Assembly (NCBI GenBank): GCA_963781125.1
Contig: CAWAEE010000016.1
Span: forward strand, 413,320-477,319
From: an uncultured Acidobacteriaceae bacterium
GTDB taxonomy: Bacteria; Acidobacteriota; Terriglobia; Terriglobales; Acidobacteriaceae
Direction: 5' to 3'
DNA: 64,000 nt
Shown: one piece after another, positions 55,933 through 64,000 of the stretch
Layout: the number at the start of each line of letters is the position of its first letter
Position numbering within the stretch: position 1 is the first letter of the stretch
Notes under the pieces: model-generated
Database searches by the model: none
What the model was told of the DNA's origin: nothing
The model's input: the letters and a program-made list of their open reading frames with translations, nothing else
Translations under genes and position numbers: made by a program

Positions 55933-56967
55933 CTAGACCTTGGCTTCAAGGTCGCGAATCACGCTGAAGAACCGCTCATCCAGGCGTCGATTCGTGGCAA
56001 TGGCTTCCTTGATGGTGATGTCCGTGATGTCCAGGCCCTTCAGAACCGCAATCCGGCCCCATTTCTTCTGGTGCACCATGTCGATCGCATGCAGACCATA
56101 ACGCTGGCCGAGCAAACGATCGTACGCGGTCGGCACACCGCCTCGTTGCGTGTGCCCCAGGTTGACAGAGCGCGTCTCGAAGCCCGTCTTCTTCTCGATC
56201 AGGTCGGCAAGTGCTTCTCCGATTCCGGAAAGGCGCGCATGGCCAAAAGAATCGACTTCGGTCGAACCCGTCACCTGGCCCACCTCGGGCAAATGGCAGC
56301 CCTCTGCCACAACCACAACGCCGTAGTGCTTGCCATGATCGTAGTTGTACTTCAGCAGCGCGCAGACATGGTCGATGTCGATTTCGAGCTCCGGAACCAG
56401 GACAACATGAGCCCCGCCAGCCGTTCCCGACGCGTAGGCAATCCATCCGGCATCGCGTCCCATCACTTCAACCACGATCACGCGATTGTGCGAGTCGGCA
56501 GTGGTGTGAATCCGGTCGATGGCCTCGGTGGCAATCGATACGGCGGTGTCGAAGCCGAAGGTCGCGTCGGTGCCGCTGATGTCGTTGTCGATGGTCTTGG
56601 GAACGCCCACACTCGGCACGCCATTCTCGCTCAAGAACAGAGTAACCGATTGCGTGTCATCGCCGCCGAGAGCGATCAGCGCGTCAATCTTGTTGAGCTT
56701 CAGAACCTCTTGCACCTTCTCGATGCCGCCCGGAATCTTCTTCACGTTGGTTCGCGAAGAATGAAGGATGGTGCCGCCCTTCAGCTGGATCCCATCCGTG
56801 TTTTCGAGAGTGAGCGGAATCCAATTGTTGTCAAGTACGCCACGCCAGCCATTGAGAAATCCGATGAACTCGTCGCCGTAAGTCTGAATTCCCTTTCGAA
56901 CGGCAGCGTAAATCACCGCATTCAAGCCGGGGCAATCGCCGCCACCGGTCAACAAAGCAACTCGCAT
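55933..56967 (-). CDS. pfkA: 6-phosphofructokinase (PfkA family, PPi-type residues)
   Basis: LTGGGDCPGLN, GGTILHSSR, GGDDT, PKTIDND, EVMGR, LGHTQRGG. Confidence 0.95.
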   Translation of the reverse strand: MRVALLTGGGDCPGLNAVIYAAVRKGIQTYGDEFIGFLNGWRGVLDNNWIPLTLENTDGIQLKGGTILHSSRTNVKKIPGGIEKVQEVLKLNKIDALIALGGDDTQSVTLFLSENGVPSVGVPKTIDNDISGTDATFGFDTAVSIATEAIDRIHTTADSHNRVIVVEVMGRDAGWIAYASGTAGGAHVVLVPELEIDIDHVCALLKYNYDHGKHYGVVVVAEGCHLPEVGQVTGSTEVDSFGHARLSGIGEALADLIEKKTGFETRSVNLGHTQRGGVPTAYDRLLGQRYGLHAIDMVHQKKWGRIAVLKGLDITDITIKEAIATNRRLDERFFSVIRDLEAKV

Positions 56968-56974
56968 GCAAATT

Positions 56975-57077
56975 CTCCTGATCGAATTGGCCCGGCTCCC
57001 GAAGGCCGGCCGGGAGTCACTCCCTGGCTGCGGAACCGCAGACTAGCGCCGCCGGACCCGCGACCTTAACCAGTGTA
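56975..57077 (-). promoter_or_regulatory. pfkA promoter (-10 TACACT) and structured 5' leader
   Basis: -10 at 57072-57077, multi-stem leader at 57065-56980, AGGAG at 56975-56979. Confidence 0.55.
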
Positions 57078-57208
57078 CTCCGCTCCTGTAAAGCAGAATC
57101 GTGATAGCCCTCACTTCAAAGGGTCTGATCGACAGACTTGAATCCACGGTTTCCGATCGATGGCAGATTTCCTTTCTGGAATCCTGCGCTGGAATGCTTC
57201 AATAAGGT

Positions 57209-57865
57209 ATGCCCGGCACTGGAGCTCTGTTATTGCTGGTTTTCGCCAGCCTGGTCGTAGTCCTGCTCCTGGTGCTTCTTCAATTGACCCGCCTGGGCTT
57301 CCTCATTCGCTCCACAATTCCCGACCGGCCCCGCCGCCGCATGTTTATTGCATCGGTTTCTTTCCTGATTACGTTCATCGGGGTGCGGCTTCTGGTCAGC
57401 CTGGTCATTCATCAGCACGGGCCATTTGAGTGGGTCATGGTGCGCGGCCGACACATCCATCATCTTGTCTGGGGCATACTCATCCTGCTTCTGGTTGGCT
57501 ATGGATGGCTGCTCGATCTGGGCCGCTCGCACTCGCCCATGTCCATTTTTCTCAGCCGCCTGATGTCGGTGAGTTATGGTGTCGGCGCTGCCCTTACGCT
57601 CGATGAATTTGCTCTCTGGCTCAATCTGGAACCTGACGCTTACTGGTCCAGCGCCGGTCGTCTCAACATCGACGCCGTCATTCTGTTTGGAGGAATCCTC
57701 GCGATGGGCGCCTGGGGAGCACCCTTCTTTCGCGGCCTCCAGATCATGTGGACCAAGCGCGTGCTGTTGCGCCGCGAGCTGAGCCACACCACCCCGCCTA
57801 TTCGGCGCGTGCGGTTGCTTCGTCGGCGTAGAGTGCGGCGACCTCCGCCGCGTATTTCTGAGTAA
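57209..57865 (+). CDS. Conserved hypothetical integral membrane protein (HIHH / LDEFALW motifs)
   Basis: About five TM segments, GRHIHHLVWG, GAALTLDEFALW. Confidence 0.82.
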   Translation: MPGTGALLLLVFASLVVVLLLVLLQLTRLGFLIRSTIPDRPRRRMFIASVSFLITFIGVRLLVSLVIHQHGPFEWVMVRGRHIHHLVWGILILLLVGYGWLLDLGRSHSPMSIFLSRLMSVSYGVGAALTLDEFALWLNLEPDAYWSSAGRLNIDAVILFGGILAMGAWGAPFFRGLQIMWTKRVLLRRELSHTTPPIRRVRLLRRRRVRRPPPRISE

Positions 57866-59602
57866 GGACCCGCCGCTTCAGCTTCATGGACGGCGTAAGC
57901 TCCCCCGATTCCTGCGACCATTCATCTGCCACCAGCCGGAATCGCTTGATCGTCTCGAAGTTGGCAAGCGCTCCGTTCACTCCCCGCACAATTTCGCGTA
58001 GACCGCAACGATGCGGCTGTCGGCCACAAGCTCGGAGCGATTTTGCGCAGCGATTCCCTCGCGCTTCGCCAATTCCTCCAGTGCTGCGAAATTCGGCGAG
58101 ATGAGTGCCGAGATAAACTTGTGTTTGTCTCCCACCAGCGCCGCCTGGGCGACCAGCACGCTGTTCTTCAGCTTGTTTTCGATCGGCTGCGGCGCCACGA
58201 GCTTGCCCCCTGAGGTTTTCAGCAACTCCTTTTTACGGTCGGTAATGTATAGAAACCTGTCCTGATCAAGGTGCGCAATATCGCCGGTCCGGAACCATCC
58301 CCCTGCGTCGAAACATTCCGCATTGGCTTCCGGCTTTTGCCAATACCCCGCAAATACCGATGGGCCCCGAACGAGGAGTTCTCCGTCCTCCGCAAACTTC
58401 AGTTCGATGTTCGGCAGCGGCTTTCCCACTGCACCCATCCGTTGATTCAAAGGAGAGTTGAGCGCGATCACCGGCGATGTTTCGGTCAGGCCGTAGCCCT
58501 CCCATACAGGGATGCCGACATCGGCAAACCATTTTGCGGTGTCGATGCCCAGAGGTGCTCCGCCCGAAACGAAATAGCGCACCCGACCGCCGAAGGCTTC
58601 ACGCACCTTTGCGTAGACGAGCTTACTGGCCAGTTTCCATCGCATGGACGAGGGCTTTTTCCCCGCATAGACGGTTCCACGATGTCCCGCACCCACCCCC
58701 AGAGCCCATGCGAGAATCCTCTTCTTCACCGGCGAAACCGAGGACTTCTGCTCTACCGCCTGGCGAATTTTCTCGTAGACCCGTGGAACCCCCACAATGA
58801 CGGTAGGGTGCACTTCGCGCATTGCCTGCGGAAGCTTATCGAATTGCGAGCAATACGCAACCTGCGCTCCGCAACCGTACATGACGTAATCCAGCGCGCG
58901 TGCGGTGATATGCGAGAGAGGCAGAAACGAAATGCAGGCGTCCGTCGAATTGAAGTCGAATTCGGCTGCGGCAAAATTCTGGTTGGCCGCAATGTTGCCG
59001 TGCGTCAGCATCACTCCCTTGGGCTCACCGGTTGTCCCCGATGTGTAAATCAGCGTGGCCAGGTCCTTCGGTTCCGCGGACCGAACCAGTGCGTCGAAAG
59101 TGGGATTGCGCTCGCTCTCCGGCGCATCCGCACCCGCCAGCACTTCGCTGAACGGGATCGCACCCTCCGGCGCCATCGCTGAATCCATCATGACGATCCG
59201 CTCGAGTGATGTTCGGCCTTTTACGGCATGCAGCTTGTCGAACTGCTGTCGCGTCGATACCACCGCAATGCGGCAGCCCGCGTCCTGCAGCAGCTGGGCA
59301 ATCTGCTCGCCGGTCAGGGTGGGATAAATAGGCACATCAACCGCTCCGATTGCCAGGGTCGCAAAGTCAGTAATCGCCCACTCCCAGCGGTTTTCGCTGA
59401 TCAGCGCAATGCGGTCGCCCTTCCGTGCGCCCCAATCCAGAAAAGTTTGAGCCAGTTTGCGGACCCGCTGGTAGATCTGGTTCGACGAGATGGGCTGCCA
59501 TTGGCCAAACTCGTCTTGCCAAAGCACAGCCCGGCGATTGCCTGCAGAGGCAACACGAATAAAAAGGTCGTTCACGGTGGAGAGCGGCGCGGAAGCTGTC
59601 AT
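57798..59602 (-). CDS. Long-chain fatty acid--CoA ligase (AMP-binding; frameshift ~57985)
   Basis: YTSGTTGEPKG, EGYGLTETS, WFRTGD, ITDRKK, ELTPSMKLKR. Confidence 0.93.
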
Positions 59603-59874
59603 GTTTTGCAGTACAAGGACCCCGGCTAATCTGCCAACACAGGTCAAACGAGAGTGTAACAGCGCCAATGCAGGAACAAGGTCGCTCATTTCCAAAGTAA
59701 CGAGCCTTCTATAATCCCGATGTAAATTCTTTGTCATCAAAGGCGCATGATCGATTGTTGTATTCAGCCCGAAACAAAAGTGGCATTCCGCCGCGCCCCT
59801 TTCCTTGCTATAAAACATTGACGAGCAAGCGACATATCAGGAAAACCATTCGCTTCCCAGTCCGGGTTCCCCTC

Positions 59875-61246
59875 ATGCTCCATCGATCCACGACTGTCGG
59901 CCCCAATCAACCCGATCCCGACCTGCTCCATCGACTCTTTTTCATTCAGCAGGTTTGTCTCGCTCTCATTATTCAAATCGCAGTCGTTGCCCTTTGCGCT
60001 CACCCGTTCGCCCCGATTGGGAACCTGCTGCCGGCCAGCTTGACCGAGATGCATGTTTCGTTCGCCTTGGCGGCTCTTTTCGCGGCTCTGAGCCTGTTCT
60101 TCTCTGACCTGGATCGTTCCGCGCGCTGGCAACGTTTCAGCCGGGTCTTCGCCGTCCTTACAGCGACAGCCGCCCTCGGCTCATTTTTCGATCGAGCCCA
60201 TCCGGTCTCATCAGGACTGGCCAGGGCCGTTGCTGCGCATTCCGAGTCATTGCATCACGACAGCGCTCACATCGTTACCGGGATTGCCTTGATCCTGATT
60301 TCAGTTGCCCTGCTCCTGATCCGTGCCGTAACGCCGATCGCCGGCCGCATCGCTGACCTGGCAACTTCCTTCCTGTGTCGTGCTGGCGTTGATCCTGTTA
60401 TCGGAATTTTTCTTTGGCTTGTTCCATGTCCCCGGTTCATCGACCGACGGGCTCACTTCCCCGGCAGCTCTGGCATGCCTCGCGATGTTGACCATCGTGA
60501 TTGTCCTGCGTCGAGCCGAACGTGGAGCATTTTCGATCTTCCTCGGCTCCGGCATCGGTGGCAAGATCGCCAGGTCTCTTACACCGGTCCTATTAGTTCT
60601 GCCGTTTCTGCGCGAGGCCGGCCGGGCCCGCCTGGTCAGTGCGCAGCTGCTTCCCGCACCCTATTTAACGGCGATCCTGGCTTCCGTGGCCACGGCCGTT
60701 TCTTTCATCCTTCTGCTGTATCTTGTGGCGCGCATCAACAAGATGGAGACAGAAATCCACGACCTCACCTTGCGCGATGAACTGACTGGGCTGTACAACA
60801 TGCGCGGCTTCAATCTTCTTGCCGGCCAATCGCTGCGTCTCGCCCAACGAGCCGAGGCCCCTTTTTCCGTCTTGTTCATCGACCTCGATAACCTGAAACG
60901 GATCAATGATGAGCTTGGACACACCGTAGGCTCGGCGACGCTCTCTGAAACAGCACGACTCCTCGATTCCACATTCCGCGATGCCGACGTAATCGCCCGC
61001 ATCGGTGGTGACGAATTCGTGGTGGCCGGCCAGTTCGACCCAGTGGCCGTCGCGGCATCAGCTCAGCGCTTGCAGCAATCGGCAGCCGCACGATTCTCCG
61101 ATCCGTCAGGGCGCTTTCCTCTCAGCCTCAGCATCGGCTACGCCACCTCGTCGGACATCCGTTTCGATTCCCTCAAGGAACTCGTCGCACAGGCAGATCT
61201 GGCCATGTACGAGAAGAAACGTCGCAAGAAAGTCGCCGTAGGCTAA
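59875..61246 (+). CDS. Membrane-bound diguanylate cyclase (GGDEF; frameshift ~60378)
   Basis: Multi-TM N-terminus, DELTGLYN, DLDNLKRIND, RxxD I-site (RDAD) and RIGGDEF. Confidence 0.92.
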
Positions 61247-61288
61247 ACAGGCTCCAGGCCATCGACCGCATGTCGAAGACTATTTTCC

Positions 61289-61424
61289 GTGCTCCATCCT
61301 TTTGCCTTCTTCCTGGCGAAAGGGTGGGAAACCCCAAATCTCGACCCATCCCTGAAGAATTGTCATCCTGAGCGGAGCACGCCTGGGGCCCCACGAAGCG
61401 GGGTAAGCGTAGCGAAGGATCTGC
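61289..61424. repeat. Two REP-like palindromic elements between convergent genes
   Basis: GTGCTCCATCCTTTTGCC...GGCGAAAGGGTGGGA (61289-61330) and TGTCATCCTGAGCG...GCGAAGGATCTGC (61361-61424). Confidence 0.65.
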
Positions 61425-61468
61425 TTCTCATCGTTTGTATCGGGATGCGACTGCATCCATGCCGCAAT

Positions 61469-64000
61469 TCATGCCTGCGCGCAGGGAGTCATGCGCACAA
61501 ACTTCTTCGCTTCGCGTTCCCAGTTTGCAAGCAGCCAATGCGCACGCGTGCTGGCCGTCTTCGAAGCATGCAGCTCAACCAGTTCTCGAATCGATTGCCG
61601 CGCCGTGTGGTCGAGTTCTCCATAGGATTCCGGCAACAGAAATGCCTTGTGGTAGAGATTCGCTTCGAGGAAGCTTCCGTCTTCGTCGTAGATCCACGCC
61701 AAGCCACCCGTCATCCCGGCGCCGAAGTTGATACCGGTTGTGCCCAGCACCACCGCCAGTCCGCCGGTCATGTATTCGCAGCCATGATCGCCCACGCCCT
61801 CGACAATCGCCAGCGCCCCCGAATTCCGTACCGCAAAGCGCTCGCCCGCACGGCCTGCCGCAAAGAGCCATCCGCCGGTCGCTCCATAGAGCGCAACATT
61901 TCCCAGCAGCGTATGCTTTTCGCTCTCCCGCGCCGCGCGCCCCTGGCCGCGCAATCACCAGTTCGCCGCCGCAAAGTCCCTTGCCGACAAAATCGTTCGC
62001 CAATCCTTCCAGCTGCAGAGTCATCCCCGAAGCCGCAAAGGCGCCAAACGACTGCCCTGCGATCCCCTTCAACGTGAACGTGAGATTCGAGCCAGTCGTC
62101 GTCGGATTCTGTGTGCGGAACAGCGCAAGCTGTCCGGCAAGACGAGCGCCCAGGGTGCGATCCTCGTTCGAAACACGCGACGCGACGTGGTACGGAATTC
62201 CAGCCTTGTACGCTTCAAGCGCGGGCTCGACCCAGGCATCGTCGATCGGCGGATGCGGTTCCGGACGGTCGTTGCGTCCGCCCTGCCACCGCACCGGCCC
62301 CCCGGTCTCCGCGGCGATAGCCGTTGCCGCAAGCAGTGGTTTCAGATCCAGGCCCGCATCCCATCGCACCTGCTCCAGCAGATCGGTGCGTCCCGTTGCT
62401 TCGGCGAGCGACGGCAAACCGAGCGTCGCCAGCAACTGCCGCACATCCTCCGCAAGCTCGTCGAAGAACCGGACCAGGTGCTCCGGTTTGCCGCGAAATT
62501 TTGCGCGCAACTCCGGCCGCTGCGTCGCAATTCCGGTAGGACAGGTGTTCAAGTGGCACTGCCGCGCCATGTCGCATCCCAGCGCGACCAGCACGGCAGT
62601 ACCGAAAGCAAACTCGTCCGCGCCCAGCAGCGCCGCCATCACAATGTCGCGCGCCGTGCGCAAACCACCATCCGTCCGCAGCCGCACGCGTCCGCGCAGT
62701 CCATTGTGGATCAGCACCTGCTGCGCTTCGGCCAGACCCAAGCTCCCACGGATTGCCCGCATACTTGATGCTCGACAGCGGCGATGCGCCGGTGCCGCCC
62801 GATTGGCCCGCAATCACGATGTAGTCCGCATACGCCTTGGCCACGCCTGCCGCGATGGTGCCCACGCCGCAGCCGGAGACAAGCTTCACGCCGACGGCCG
62901 CCTTCGGGTTCACGCGCTTCAGATCCCAAATCAGCTGCGCCAGATCTTCAATCGAATAGATGTCGTGGTGCGGCGGCGGCGAAATCAGCTGCATGCCCGG
63001 CTGCGCGTGGCGCAGGCGCGCAATCAGCTCCGTCACCTTGTGGCCCGGCAGCTGTCCGCCCTCGCCCGGCTTCGCCCCTTGCGCAATCTTGATCTCCAAC
63101 TCTTCGGCATGGGCCAGGTACTCGGCGGTCACGCCAAAGCGCGCGCTGGCCACCTGTTTGATCTTGTTGTTCAGCAGCGAAGGCGCACCGTCTATCGGCG
63201 CATAGACCGCGGGATCCTCGCCGCCTTCTCCAGTATTCGAACGCGCGCCCAGCAGATTCATCGCCTGCGTAATCGTCTGGTGCGCCTCAGGCGAAAGCGA
63301 TCCGAACGACATCGCGCTGGCGATGAAGGTCTTCGTGATATTCCCCGCCGCCTCCACTTGATCGAGAGCGAGTTCCGGCCCTGCCGGGCGAATCTCCAGC
63401 AGATCGCGCAGATTCGACGGAGCCGTCTCAGCCACTTGCGTCGTAAAGCTCGAAAACGGAGTCAGTGCCAGTGCCGCTCCCTGCTTGGTTGAACCCACAA
63501 CTGATTGCAGCGCGCGCACAGTCTGCGGCTGCCAACCATGCGACTCAGCCTCGTCGGCCTTCCGGAAACGAATAAACCCGTAGTCCGGCAACTCCCGCAC
63601 CTGCGTCGCCGAAACAACAGCAGCATCGCCGTCTGTCGGTTCTTCCGGAGCAATCTGCTCGAGCCAGAGATCGCGCACATAGCGCCTCAATCTCGTTGAA
63701 CCCGAAACCGCCAATCGGCGCCGGTACACCCGGCGAAGCACTTGTCCACAACAGCGGACGAAATCCCGATGGCGTCGAACAGATGCGCCGCGCAATAGCT
63801 GTCCAGCACACTGATGCCCATCTTCGACATCACCTTGGCCAGGCCCAAGTTCGAGCGCGTGCAGCAGGTTCTCTTCGCCTTTTTCCGGATTCAGGCCGCG
63901 CGCCGTCTCCAGCGCCAGCCACGGACACACCGCCCCGGCGCCCAAGCCAAGCAACACCGCGACATGATGAATCTCGCGGCAATCGCCGGCTTCCGCAGCA
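61469..64000 (-). CDS. gltB: Glutamate synthase large subunit (3' part; frameshifts; runs off window edge)
   Basis: [68 protein letters not shown]. Confidence 0.96.

Noticed and set aside
57798-57865. 68-bp convergent overlap giving an Arg-rich tail on the membrane protein
   Set aside because: It could be a 3' frameshift or simple stop-codon drift; this cannot be resolved in error-prone sequence.

Overview
GC-rich bacterial chromosome window. Gene content and style (carboxypeptidase-regulatory-domain TonB receptor, Tat-exported Gfo/Idh/MocA enzymes, REP-like intergenic hairpins) suggest Acidobacteriota; this is inference. Core genes are mazG (partial), dnaX-ybaB-recR, kdpE/kdpFABC, lutABC, dnaE, pfkA, a fadD-type ligase and gltB (partial), interleaved with accessory genes. 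Many genes, including essential dnaE and dnaX, carry single-base indels, mostly at 16-25 kb, 28-43 kb and 48-64 kb. These are most likely long-read sequencing errors, so genes were stitched across frames and their coordinates are approximate. No rRNA, tRNA, CRISPR array, integrase or transposase was seen. The most interesting signals are: (1) a candidate self-contained LytTR regulon (two paralogous LytTR regulators, a LytS-type kinase, a TonB receptor, a Sel1 protein and an SRPBCC-like protein) with AlgR-like CCGTTCGTC boxes in 20-21 bp phase in three intergenic regions; (2) a ~450 nt, heavily base-paired intergenic stretch (44965-45413) with a possible pseudoknot, a candidate unknown ncRNA; (3) a compact multi-stem 5' leader spanning promoter to Shine-Dalgarno of a PPi-type pfkA; (4) tandem prepilin peptidases, one with the catalytic GxGD changed to GxGE; (5) an extra 28-aa membrane peptide gene ahead of kdpF.
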